Shown here piece by piece: positions 1-7,373 of a DNA stretch of 37,271 bases. The position numbers and the translations under genes are program-made. Location of the stretch: positions 1 through 37,271 of the IMG/VR virus record IMGVR_UViG_3300045988_035176. The stretch is one strand, 5' to 3'. The DNA comes from a virus. The stretch's first letter is position 1; each line of letters begins with the position of its first letter. The notes under the pieces were generated by a model. That model searched no databases. It saw only the letters and a list, made by a program, of their open reading frames with translations, and was not told the DNA's origin.

Positions 1-85
1 CAATTTGTCGTATGTTTTATTAGAAAATACCATTTTTTACCTTCTTTCATAACTAAATTATACTATAATTATTGCCAAAAAAAAG
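1..85. repeat. Terminal overlap, copy 1 (identical to 37187-37271).
   Basis: Base-by-base comparison shows 85/85 identity. Bases 1-33 duplicate the first 11 codons of the holin gene on the minus strand. Confidence 0.95.
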
Positions 86-103
86 GCATTTATGCCCTTT
101 TTT
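77..103 (-). terminator. Rho-independent terminator at the end of the early operon. It is symmetric and could act in both directions.
   Basis: The minus strand reads AAAAAGGGCA-UAAA-UGCCUUUUUUUU. It lies 12 nt after the stop of the 115-384 gene, which is the last early gene before the holin. Confidence 0.6.
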
Positions 104-114
104 CAATCGTAATT

Positions 115-384
115 TCAATATACATCATTCATAGGAATACATCTGTTTTCAAATTTCTTGTAAGCATCAAGATACCATTCCTGTTTATCTCCGTTATATG
201 TAACTTCGTAGTACATTCCATCGTGTAAATCCGTACTCATTAAATACTTCCAGTTTTGAAGTGTCTTACACTTCCATACGATGTATGGATTTGTGTCTTC
301 TTCTTTAACTGTATCTGTCTTGTCTAAGTGTTCTAAAACATAATCCTTTACAATTTTTAATGCTTTATTATCCATATTGTGCAT
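115..384 (-). CDS. Hypothetical early protein (89 aa).
   Basis: ORF with GGAG 7 nt upstream of the ATG. It is tightly packed behind the upstream ORF. No family was recognised. Confidence 0.6.
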   Translation of the reverse strand: MHNMDNKALKIVKDYVLEHLDKTDTVKEEDTNPYIVWKCKTLQNWKYLMSTDLHDGMYYEVTYNGDKQEWYLDAYKKFENRCIPMNDVY

Positions 385-386
385 AT

Positions 387-539
387 TTATTCTCCTTCGA
401 TTATAAGTGCCCCATCTTCATCATCTGCAAAATCACATATTTCTATCGGATCATAAACAGGAAGTCTTGAATCGCATATTTTAACTTCCGTTTCATCATC
501 GTATTTCTGCAATAATTCAATCAATTCCTTTGCTGTCAT
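387..539 (-). CDS. Small hypothetical protein (50 aa, MTAKELIELLQKYDDETEVKIC...). Below the ORF-track size cutoff.
   Basis: Hand-translated from the minus strand. AGGAG lies 9 nt upstream of the ATG. The ORF fills an otherwise empty gap between genes. Confidence 0.5.
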   Translation of the reverse strand: MTAKELIELLQKYDDETEVKICDSRLPVYDPIEICDFADDEDGALIIEGE

Positions 540-563
540 TTATTTCGTCTCCTAAAATTTCTT

Positions 564-734
564 TTATCTTTTTTGCTCGATAATAATTTTACCGTTTTCT
601 GCCTTCACCGTGATTTCTTTTTCGGGATCAATCCCAGATTCCGCCACAATCTTTTTTGATATTGTCGTAGTATACGTGTTGACCTTTAAGTCACCACCGA
701 CAGTTCTGTACTTCATTTTTGCAAGTTTAGCCAT
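564..734 (-). CDS. Small AbrB/SpoVT-like (swapped-hairpin) DNA-binding protein. Possible regulator.
   Basis: The pattern ISKKIVAESGIDPEKEITVKAENGKIIIE resembles AbrB/MazE-type domains. The RBS GAGAGGGAA precedes the ATG at 734. The start overlaps the upstream stop (ATGGCTAA). Confidence 0.45.
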   Translation of the reverse strand: MAKLAKMKYRTVGGDLKVNTYTTTISKKIVAESGIDPEKEITVKAENGKIIIEQKR

Positions 735-1038
735 TGTTTCCCTCTCTTTCATCCTTCAAATACTCGAACTCTTTTAACAGCTCATCTTTTGTTTGTTCGA
801 ACTTTGATTCAATTTGCTTTTGCACATCAATCTTAGTTTGTCTGAACCACTTCTTTTTGAATTTATTTACTGATTCTCTGTAAGTATCTTCACTATAATC
901 GCAAGACTGCCACCATTCTAAGTCGTGAAGCAAATCAACTAAATCTTTCATCATTGCATTTAATTGTGAATCATACATTCTTCCGACGTATTCATCTTCA
1001 ATGCGATTATACATATAGTTATAACTTCCACCACTCAT
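727..1038 (-). CDS. Hypothetical early protein (103 aa).
   Basis: ORF with GGAG 8 nt upstream of the ATG at 1038. The track start at 1044 is a TTG. Confidence 0.6.
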   Translation of the reverse strand: MSGGSYNYMYNRIEDEYVGRMYDSQLNAMMKDLVDLLHDLEWWQSCDYSEDTYRESVNKFKKKWFRQTKIDVQKQIESKFEQTKDELLKEFEYLKDEREGNNG

Positions 1039-1040
1039 TC

Positions 1041-1154
1041 TCAATTCTCCACAAATTCGATTTGTTCACTTTCAACGCAAAATCTAGCACCATCGCCAAA
1101 CTGGACATCACCAACCATTGAATCCAAATATTCTACACATTCACAAATTGTCAT
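1041..1154 (-). CDS. Small hypothetical protein (37 aa, MTICECVEYLDSMVGDVQFGDG...).
   Basis: Hand-translated. It fills the gap between 1156 and 1038 and overlaps the next start. No clear RBS. Confidence 0.3.
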   Translation of the reverse strand: MTICECVEYLDSMVGDVQFGDGARFCVESEQIEFVEN

Positions 1155-1155
1155 T

Positions 1156-1422
1156 TCATCTTGTTTCATATGCCTTTAGCTCCTTTTTTAATTCGTCAAT
1201 AGCTTTCTTAACATCCTTTAAATCCATATCAAAGTTACTAACTAAATCTGCCATCACGCAATTAGAATAGCCTTGTAACGCACTTGATAGAGTTGAGTGA
1301 AAGGAGATTTGCTTTTTAATCTCCGTCTCAACTCCTTCTTTGCTTTTTTGAATTGCATCTTGAACTAAAGTGTAGCTTTTTCCGTCTGATACGATACTGT
1401 ATCCGTTCTTTAAATTAATCAT
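1156..1422 (-). CDS. Hypothetical early protein (88 aa).
   Basis: AGGAGAATTTA precedes the ATG at 1422. The longer track ORF (to 1497) overlaps the upstream gene. Confidence 0.55.
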   Translation of the reverse strand: MINLKNGYSIVSDGKSYTLVQDAIQKSKEGVETEIKKQISFHSTLSSALQGYSNCVMADLVSNFDMDLKDVKKAIDELKKELKAYETR

Positions 1423-1810
1423 TAAATTCTCCTGTCTTTGCATATTCCAATGATTCAATAACTTCTTTGAACAATTCAATTTCTTTTTCTTTGTCAAAAA
1501 TATTTAGTAAGCACATTTCATTGTAAGATTCACTGTGATCATCACTCTTATCATCTAAATATCTTCTGTTAATTTCGATTATTAGCAAATCATCCTTAAT
1601 GCATTTTCTGTATTTTTCAATCAAATCATCAATTCTATTTTTAATTGTTTCATCTATATTTGAATCGTCATTAATAATTGCGTTGTATAAGTATTCAATA
1701 CGTTCTCTGTATTCCTCTTTTGTGATTTCTGATAAAGGCTTTTTGAATGATGTTGGCAATAATTTAAATCCGAATTCTTTTTCGAATTCATCTAAATCTT
1801 TTTCTGTCAT
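1415..1810 (-). CDS. Hypothetical acidic early protein (131 aa).
   Basis: ORF with an ATGA start/stop overlap with the upstream gene and a GAGGA RBS. Confidence 0.6.
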   Translation of the reverse strand: MTEKDLDEFEKEFGFKLLPTSFKKPLSEITKEEYRERIEYLYNAIINDDSNIDETIKNRIDDLIEKYRKCIKDDLLIIEINRRYLDDKSDDHSESYNEMCLLNIFDKEKEIELFKEVIESLEYAKTGEFND

Positions 1811-2028
1811 GCTTCAACATCCTCATCTTGTGGCATTTGAAATACCATTGTCGGTTCGTGTTCAAACGATTCCATATTATCTTGGATTTGGTCTAAAACT
1901 TTTAAAGCTTTTTCTTCGGTTGAATATTCACCAATAAATGAACAACCACCCCATATTTGATTAGCTTGATAAATGGTTATTTCATGAATTTCTTTTAATT
2001 TCTTTTTATCTTGACTTCTAATCCACAT
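1807..2028 (-). CDS. Hypothetical early protein (73 aa).
   Basis: ORF in an operon context. No family was recognised. Confidence 0.55.
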   Translation of the reverse strand: MWIRSQDKKKLKEIHEITIYQANQIWGGCSFIGEYSTEEKALKVLDQIQDNMESFEHEPTMVFQMPQDEDVEA

Positions 2029-2031
2029 ATC

Positions 2032-2319
2032 CTAATACCCCTCTTTAAATATTTGTTCGAATCTTTCTCCTGCCTGTTCAAACATATCCATGTACATGCT
2101 TAAAATGCACATATTCATAGCTGATAATAATAGTGTGATAACCAACGCAACTAGCAACCATGCTTGGGCAGTTCGCTGCGTGATCTTCTTATGCTTCTTT
2201 TTATTTTGATTGATATTCAAGATATTCAACTGGTCGTTTTGGATTTTGTCTGCTTCTTCCAATTTATTCTCTAGTTCTTTTATGTACGCATCTTTCTGCG
2301 CTTGCGTTAGTTTAGCCAT
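2032..2319 (-). CDS. Coiled-coil protein with a C-terminal transmembrane segment (95 aa).
   Basis: The hydrophobic stretch AWLLVALVITLLLSAMNMCILSMYM follows a Lys/Glu-rich helix. The RBS GAGGAAAAAGAAA precedes the ATG at 2319. Confidence 0.55.
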   Translation of the reverse strand: MAKLTQAQKDAYIKELENKLEEADKIQNDQLNILNINQNKKKHKKITQRTAQAWLLVALVITLLLSAMNMCILSMYMDMFEQAGERFEQIFKEGY

Positions 2320-2524
2320 TTTCTTTTTCCTCAAATTTCTTTTCTAGTTCCCTTTTCTGATATTCAAGCGTTCTGATTCTTCGTCTGTATTCTTCATACT
2401 TGAATATACATTTTGTTGCTTTGTCCTGTTCTTCCTGGACTCTTTTAGCAACTAGAATACTGTATACAATCAATGTGATCCCACCACCTGCAAACATTCC
2501 GCAAATAAAATATGTTAATTCCAT
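2312..2524 (-). CDS. Small membrane protein with an N-terminal TM segment and a charged helix (70 aa).
   Basis: TM segment YFICGMFAGGGITLIVYSILV. A strong AGGAGG RBS is present. Confidence 0.55.
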   Translation of the reverse strand: MELTYFICGMFAGGGITLIVYSILVAKRVQEEQDKATKCIFKYEEYRRRIRTLEYQKRELEKKFEEKENG

Positions 2525-2645
2525 GATGTTTTCCTCCTTAATCTAGAAAGCAGAAAGTAAGAGAGCAAGCATGATTGAAAAAATATATACTTCCTACTCT
2601 GTAACCATACTTTTCATCCTATTCTGTGATCAATACTGTGTATGG

Positions 2646-2915
2646 TTATCTGTCTGTCTTTTCTTCATGTCCATAGTTTACAGTGATTTGCATCGCATTC
2701 AGCTTTTCCACGATCTTACAAGCCTTGTTTATTTTCTCAGCAAATTTCTTTGTCTCTTCGATGTTCTGTGTTCCACAAGCTGACCAGTTCACACCGAATG
2801 TCATTACTTCTGCACCAAAGCTTGAATTTTCATAAATATTAACTGTTCTGCCTTCCATAATTTCATCTACTGCACTCATAAGTGCTGAATATTCTCTGTT
2901 GTTCATGTTTGTCAT
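2646..2915 (-). CDS. Hypothetical early protein (89 aa).
   Basis: ORF with an AGGAAGGA RBS. Confidence 0.55.
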   Translation of the reverse strand: MTNMNNREYSALMSAVDEIMEGRTVNIYENSSFGAEVMTFGVNWSACGTQNIEETKKFAEKINKACKIVEKLNAMQITVNYGHEEKTDR

Positions 2916-2931
2916 TTTCTTGTCCTTCCTA

Positions 2932-3078
2932 TTATCTTGTAGCTAAAATATTGTAGAAGTTATCCTTATCATACAATTTTTCAATGAACTTTTCTGCGGC
3001 TTTCTCTGTCTTGAATGTTCTCTGTTTTGTAATAATTTCTCCGTTCTTCTTAATCTCTTGCCATACGATTTCAGTCAT
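2932..3078 (-). CDS. Small hypothetical protein (48 aa, MTEIVWQEIKKNGEIITKQRTF...).
   Basis: Hand-translated. An AAGGA RBS is present. Below the track size cutoff. Confidence 0.4.
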   Translation of the reverse strand: MTEIVWQEIKKNGEIITKQRTFKTEKAAEKFIEKLYDKDNFYNILATR

Positions 3079-3093
3079 GTTCTTTTTTCCTTT

Positions 3094-3231
3094 CTATTTC
3101 ATCCAACCTAAGTTATATTCCTTGATCAACTGCTTTGCCTGTTTAACTGTAAAGTCAGACTTTTTAATACCAGTTTCACCGTTTCTATTTAAAATCTGTA
3201 ATGCTAATTCTTTGATTTCTTTTGTTGTCAT
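3094..3231 (-). CDS. Small hypothetical protein (45 aa, MTTKEIKELALQILNRNGETGIKK...).
   Basis: Hand-translated. It is the first ORF after the promoter at 3263-3291. Confidence 0.4.
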   Translation of the reverse strand: MTTKEIKELALQILNRNGETGIKKSDFTVKQAKQLIKEYNLGWMK

Positions 3232-3262
3232 GTTTTTTATCTCTCTTTCTTTTTACATCTAT

Positions 3263-3291
3263 ATTATAATACTACAATATAGAAAAGTCAA
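3263..3291 (-). promoter_or_regulatory. Sigma-A-type early promoter (TTGACT, 17 nt spacer, TATAAT).
   Basis: The minus strand reads TTGACTTTTCTATATTGTAGTATTATAAT. It lies just after terminator 3327-3351 and upstream of the 3231 ORF. Confidence 0.6.
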
Positions 3292-3326
3292 ACGTTTTCA
3301 TGACATTTTTTGACAATTTTTTCGAT

Positions 3327-3351
3327 AAAAAAAGACTAGGTTTCCCTAGTC
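3327..3351 (-). terminator. Rho-independent terminator.
   Basis: The minus strand reads GACTAGG-GAAA-CCTAGTC followed by a run of seven T. It overlaps the stop codon of 3346-3684. Confidence 0.7.
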
Positions 3352-3684
3352 CGTTGTTCTCATAAAATATTGTAAGTCCTCACCATCGAAATGTTCATAC
3401 ATCCACTCGTCAGCCTTGTTCCAAAGTTCGTCATACATTTCAGCAAGTCTGTCATTCTTTCTGTAGTGCTCTGCGATCTTCCAATTAAGGACCATCACAA
3501 GCTCTGTCATGTATTCAATGTTGTTCTGCCATCCATTGAATGCCCTGCAATAAGTATCACGGACTGCCGAAGTACCAAAATGGTCCGCAATGCTGAAATC
3601 CTCATAAAATGTTGTGCGTGGCTTATATCCTGTCATTGCTTCGATATTCCACGTTTTAATTGTTCCGATATTAATTGTTTCCAT
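3346..3684 (-). CDS. Hypothetical protein (112 aa).
   Basis: ORF with an AAGGAAGG RBS. No family was recognised. Confidence 0.6.
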   Translation of the reverse strand: METINIGTIKTWNIEAMTGYKPRTTFYEDFSIADHFGTSAVRDTYCRAFNGWQNNIEYMTELVMVLNWKIAEHYRKNDRLAEMYDELWNKADEWMYEHFDGEDLQYFMRTTD

Positions 3685-3718
3685 GTTTTTTTACCTTCCT
3701 TTTTTTCTCTTCTTTCTT

Positions 3719-3961
3719 TTAACCAAAAATTTGCCACGGATCGTAAAGCATTTTGCTTTCTTTTACTTCTCCGTCTATGTATTTGTACCGGTATAAAGTC
3801 GCTTCATAGTCCGCTGCAATGCGTTTTGTATCTTTCTCCGTGTATGTTACATTTTCCCATGTCATTGCTTGTCTTAACTCTTCAAGGGTTAATAGTCGGT
3901 TACCTATTACACCGTCCAAGCAATCAAATAAATAATATGTACCATTTAGTTTCTCTTCCAT
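3719..3961 (-). CDS. Hypothetical protein (80 aa).
   Basis: An AAGGAAGG RBS precedes the ATG at 3961. The track start at 3991 lacks an RBS. Confidence 0.55.
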   Translation of the reverse strand: MEEKLNGTYYLFDCLDGVIGNRLLTLEELRQAMTWENVTYTEKDTKRIAADYEATLYRYKYIDGEVKESKMLYDPWQIFG

Positions 3962-4019
3962 GTTATTGCCTTCCTTTTTGTGTGCCCACACTTTAGGCGG
4001 TGGGCTTGCCTTTATATCA

Positions 4020-4346
4020 TTAATTCATTGCCTGCACTTGGCTTGCGCTGAAGAAACTTGCTTTTTTCATGAACATCCTTTTTTGTTCTTCGGTCATCCC
4101 CTCGCTATTTTCAGTTTCCTTTGATACGCATTTCCAGATGTGGAACTGTGCAACAGCTTTCTCGCCTTTCTTTACACAATAGCCGAGCTTTTTCCATGCT
4201 TGGAATGTATGAATATCTTCCGGTTCATCGAGCATCGTTTTGTTGCCGTTTTCATCCTCAACCTCGAACTGTCTGCCTGTTGTTCCGATCTTTCCATTTT
4301 TCATAAGTTCAACTGCTTCATTGAAAATAATTTGTTGGTTTGTCAT
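4020..4346 (-). CDS. Hypothetical protein, possibly an ArdC-N-like ssDNA-binding domain.
   Basis: HTFQAWKKLGYCVKKGEKA and the C-terminal FFSASQV resemble the ArdC N-terminal (DUF1738) pattern. This resemblance is weak. Confidence 0.4.
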   Translation of the reverse strand: MTNQQIIFNEAVELMKNGKIGTTGRQFEVEDENGNKTMLDEPEDIHTFQAWKKLGYCVKKGEKAVAQFHIWKCVSKETENSEGMTEEQKRMFMKKASFFSASQVQAMN

Positions 4347-4383
4347 GTTGTTTACCTTCCTTTTTTTTATTTCCTTTTACATC

Positions 4384-4415
4384 ATTATAATATCATAATA
4401 TATATACAATTGCAA
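4384..4415 (-). promoter_or_regulatory. Sigma-A-type early promoter. TTGCAA, then 17 nt to a TG-extended TATTAT; a TATAAT lies 3 nt further on.
   Basis: The minus strand reads TTGCAATTGTATATATATTATGATATTATAAT, upstream of the 4346 gene. Confidence 0.5.
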
Positions 4416-4423
4416 TACTTTTT

Positions 4424-4438
4424 GTTTCTTTTTGAAAC
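4424..4438. repeat. GTTTC-N5-GAAAC motif copy (GTTTCTTTTTGAAAC).
   Basis: Inverted 5-bp arms. It sits 2 nt after the stop of the DnaC-like gene and 8 nt upstream of the -35 box. Confidence 0.7.
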
Positions 4439-4440
4439 AT

Positions 4441-5265
4441 TTAACCGTTCAAAATATCCATGAGCCTTGAATCCTGCGCTTTGTTCTTTCGTCTGTCTTC
4501 ACCGCTTACCAATACAGGAAGGCACATCTCAATAATACGACTGTATATTCGGGCTTTGCTTGTGTCTTCTGTATGGTACAGGTCTGAATATTTCAGATTC
4601 GTTGTAATGATCATCGGCTTTCCGCTTCTGTATCTCGCATCAATGATATTGTACACTAATTCATTTACATATTCAGTGTTTCGTTCAATCCCTAGATCAT
4701 CAATCACCAAAAGGTCAAACTCATTAAGGCTGTCCAGATATTTCTGTTTTCCTTCATACATTCCCTGTAACGTATTGATGATTCGTGCAAAATTCGTGTC
4801 AAGACACGGCACGCCATTGTCAATCAACTCATTTGCGATGCATGATGCAAGGAAAGTCTTACCTGTTCCAACTCCACCGAATAAGATAAGCCCTTTTCCT
4901 GCTTTCTTGAACTCGTCAAACCGTCTGGCATAATTCATGCACATGTCGCTTGCTTTCTTTGATTTCTGATCATCGTGATCAAATCGGCATTTCTGAAGTT
5001 CTCTGTCAGGAAAGCCTGTGTTCCTATATACTTCAATTCGTGCCAGTCTGTCCTGCTGCTTTTTCTCTTCTTCCTTCCTGTCATTTTCAGCAACCAAGCA
5101 TGAACACATTACAGGAACATATATCCCGACCGCCGACAGCCATTTTCTTCTCGGCTCGTTACATTTTCGGCAGTATATCATATTGTCTTTGATATATTCA
5201 GTACTTTCATCGCAATTGTCTAACATCCTCTGGATTGCTTCTTCTGTTGGGTTCTCTTCATTCAT
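4441..5265 (-). CDS. DnaC/IstB-like AAA+ helicase loader.
   Basis: Walker A is FGGVGTGKTFLA and Walker B is LLVIDDLG. There is an N-terminal Cys-rich zinc-ribbon-like segment. A GAGGTGA RBS precedes the ATG at 5265. Confidence 0.8.
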   Translation of the reverse strand: MNEENPTEEAIQRMLDNCDESTEYIKDNMIYCRKCNEPRRKWLSAVGIYVPVMCSCLVAENDRKEEEKKQQDRLARIEVYRNTGFPDRELQKCRFDHDDQKSKKASDMCMNYARRFDEFKKAGKGLILFGGVGTGKTFLASCIANELIDNGVPCLDTNFARIINTLQGMYEGKQKYLDSLNEFDLLVIDDLGIERNTEYVNELVYNIIDARYRSGKPMIITTNLKYSDLYHTEDTSKARIYSRIIEMCLPVLVSGEDRRKNKAQDSRLMDILNG

Positions 5266-5283
5266 AAATATCACCTCATAATT

Positions 5284-5496
5284 TTAATATACTTTTTGAA
5301 AGAACATTTCTACTAACTTATCTAACAATGTATAAGTCATTTCAATTTCTAATTCAAAAGTTACATTATTTAGTTCATATTCTACGCAATCAACAAAATA
5401 TGCGCTTCTTTTTAAATGATCAAGACTGTTCCATTGCATTTTTTCCTTGATATTCATATTTTCTTGTGCTTTTTTTACGATTTTTTCTAAGTTCAT
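5284..5496 (-). CDS. Hypothetical protein (70 aa).
   Basis: ORF with an AGAGGA RBS. It is the first gene after promoter 5536-5563. Confidence 0.55.
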   Translation of the reverse strand: MNLEKIVKKAQENMNIKEKMQWNSLDHLKRSAYFVDCVEYELNNVTFELEIEMTYTLLDKLVEMFFQKVY

Positions 5497-5535
5497 ATTT
5501 AAATCCTCTATAATTCCTTTTCTCTTTACACTTAT

Positions 5536-5563
5536 ATTATAACACTATAACATAAAAAGTCAA
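5536..5563 (-). promoter_or_regulatory. Sigma-A-type early promoter (TTGACT, 16 nt spacer, TG-extended TATAAT).
   Basis: The minus strand reads TTGACTTTTTATGTTATAGTGTTATAAT. Confidence 0.6.
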
Positions 5564-5581
5564 CACTTTTTGACGTAATTT

Positions 5582-5596
5582 GTTTCTATTTGAAAC
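5582..5596. repeat. GTTTC-N5-GAAAC motif copy (GTTTCTATTTGAAAC).
   Basis: It abuts the stop codon of the replisome-organizer gene and lies 18 nt upstream of the -35 box of promoter 5536-5563. Confidence 0.7.
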
Positions 5597-6471
5597 TATT
5601 TTCCGTAAAACATAGCCATGAGTTCTTCTTCAGACCCATAACCATTTTGATCGTATTTCTTTTCTGGCTGTTTATCATGTTTTGTATTTCCATCCTTCAA
5701 TGGGAAGATACCTTGCCAGTTATTAGTGATTGACTGATTAAGAATAGCGATCTTTACATCGTCTGTATTTCCCATATCATCAAGTTTCTTTAACATGAGT
5801 TTAAGAGCATACTCTGTCATAGGCTTCTTAATGAATGATCTCATCTGTAAGAATGCTTTCAATGCATTTTGTAAATCTTCATTTTGTGTATACTCCGCAA
5901 TCTGTTCATCATAAGATATAGTCTTTTTCTTTTTTCTACATGTTGTTTTTTCTACATGTTCAATCTGAGTATTGTTGGTGTCTTCTTTCTTACTTTCTTT
6001 ATCTTTTAGATTATTACTTTTATTTATTAGTTTTCTATTATTATTTTTTGTTTCCAATTTCTCGCCATCCAGTTTTCCAATTTCTTTACAACTAGAAGGT
6101 GAATTATTAACAATCTGCTTTTCCAATTCCTCAACATCAATTTTGAAAAATCTTTTCGCAGGTATTCCTTTCACTACAGATTTCACAATTCCATTCTTAT
6201 CAAGCACTTTCAATGCTTCTGACTGCTGATATTTGCTAAGCCCTGTTCTTTCATTAATGTTATCAATTGTTGAATAAAACATGCCATCCTCAAGCTTTCC
6301 GCTTTGATCAAAGTAATTGTACTCGCTTGCAAGTTCACACAGCATCAATGCTACGTTGATGCCATATTTTTTGAGCAAGTCTCTGTTTATGACTATGTAA
6401 TTGTCACTGGCAAGTAATGATAAAATATTCATGTTTTTGTTTCCTTTCTTTTCTTCTTCACAATTTGTCAT
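5596..6471 (-). CDS. Replisome organizer / DnaD-domain replication initiation protein.
   Basis: The C-terminal segment LQNALKAFLQMRSFIKKPMTEYALKLMLKKLD...NQSITNNWQGIF is typical of DnaD/DnaB_2 domains. It sits next to the DnaC-like loader. An alternative start at 6432 is possible. Confidence 0.7.
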   Translation of the reverse strand: MTNCEEEKKGNKNMNILSLLASDNYIVINRDLLKKYGINVALMLCELASEYNYFDQSGKLEDGMFYSTIDNINERTGLSKYQQSEALKVLDKNGIVKSVVKGIPAKRFFKIDVEELEKQIVNNSPSSCKEIGKLDGEKLETKNNNRKLINKSNNLKDKESKKEDTNNTQIEHVEKTTCRKKKKTISYDEQIAEYTQNEDLQNALKAFLQMRSFIKKPMTEYALKLMLKKLDDMGNTDDVKIAILNQSITNNWQGIFPLKDGNTKHDKQPEKKYDQNGYGSEEELMAMFYGK

Positions 6472-6617
6472 GTGATTGCCTTTCTAACGAAAAAACTGCA
6501 CAACTTTTATAGTTTGCCCCCTATAAAGTCATACAGTTCTCGTGTCTATTCAGTTTTTACCCTGTTCAGCAGGGGCAACTACCGAACAAACATTATAGTT
6601 TATTACTACTCTTTAAT

Positions 6618-6632
6618 ATTATCATCAAATTG
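6618..6632. promoter_or_regulatory. 15-bp box ATTATCATCAAATTG, identical to 10794-10808. Candidate operator.
   Basis: Exact 15-mer shared with the Cro promoter region. It lies upstream of the replisome-organizer gene. Confidence 0.4.
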
Positions 6633-6640
6633 TGATTAAG

Positions 6641-7078
6641 TCAATACATTTTGGCGACTTTCGTTTCTATTTGAAACTTCTTGATGTCTTTACGCGTAAC
6701 GATGCTGATTGTGTACTCTGGATATTTGTATTCAAACAGTTTTTGCTTTAAACGAAATACGTCCGTAATTACCGCTGTAGAGCCTTTTACATCTTCAATA
6801 ATGATTCTATCACCATCTGCTAGAATGTACCTGAAATCGGCTTTATACACGGTTTTACGCCATGTCTTGCCGTTCTTCTTGAATGATGGTATAAGTTCAT
6901 ACTCAGGTTGTAGTTCCAAATCACGAATAACTCCTGCACGTTCCAGAATCTTCAGCTGTACATACCGTTCAGCTTCGAGCTTTGAATCAAACTTTATGCC
7001 ATCAGCAACCGTCTTTGTATTGTGATACTTTCTGTACAAATAAGTCACATCACAGATAGTTTTTCCCGAAAATGTCAA
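6641..7078 (-). CDS. DUF1064-family protein (putative endonuclease or Holliday-junction resolvase-like).
   Basis: DGIKFDSKLEAERY...LQPEYEL...YKADFRY...IEDVKG matches the DUF1064 pattern. There is no ATG; the likely start is the TTG/GTG at 7039-7078. Confidence 0.6.
   Translation of the reverse strand: MTFSGKTICDVTYLYRKYHNTKTVADGIKFDSKLEAERYVQLKILERAGVIRDLELQPEYELIPSFKKNGKTWRKTVYKADFRYILADGDRIIIEDVKGSTAVITDVFRLKQKLFEYKYPEYTISIVTRKDIKKFQIETKVAKMY
6663..6677. repeat. GTTTC-N5-GAAAC motif copy (GTTTCTATTTGAAAC).
   Basis: It lies inside the last codons of the DUF1064 gene, upstream of the 169-bp intergenic region. Confidence 0.7.
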
Positions 7079-7373
7079 TGAACTCGCTTGTAGTCAATCC
7101 ATACTCAGCCATGGCTCTTTCTTGCCCAAGCTTTTTCAGATGCATATTAAATTCATGCCCCTTTATGTTATGCACGCCATACTCAGACATGTTGTGATCT
7201 TCTGGTTTGATAAACACCACAAGACCATACTTGATTGACTTTTTCCTGTTGGCATTGCCGAAAAAAATTTCATGCCTTACTGTTCCGTATACCCGTTCTG
7301 AATAATATCTGTAGCAGTGTTCCTTCGTGAAGAACATGCCTTCATGCATAATGCAGAACTCTTTCTTTATCAT
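7050..7373 (-). CDS. Conserved phage protein of unknown function (107 aa).
   Basis: Its ATG overlaps the dUTPase stop (ATGA). The motif HEIFFGNANRKKSIKYGL...H...GVH and a C-terminal FGKNYL recur in Gram-positive phages. I could not name the family. Confidence 0.5.
   Translation of the reverse strand: MIKKEFCIMHEGMFFTKEHCYRYYSERVYGTVRHEIFFGNANRKKSIKYGLVVFIKPEDHNMSEYGVHNIKGHEFNMHLKKLGQERAMAEYGLTTSEFIDIFGKNYL

Noticed and set aside
1-85. Reading the 85-bp terminal repeat as attL/attR or as a biological direct terminal repeat.
   Set aside because: The repeat cuts through the holin coding sequence and gene order continues smoothly across the junction. This fits an arbitrary linearisation of a circular assembly. 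The true termini are more likely near HNH/terS.
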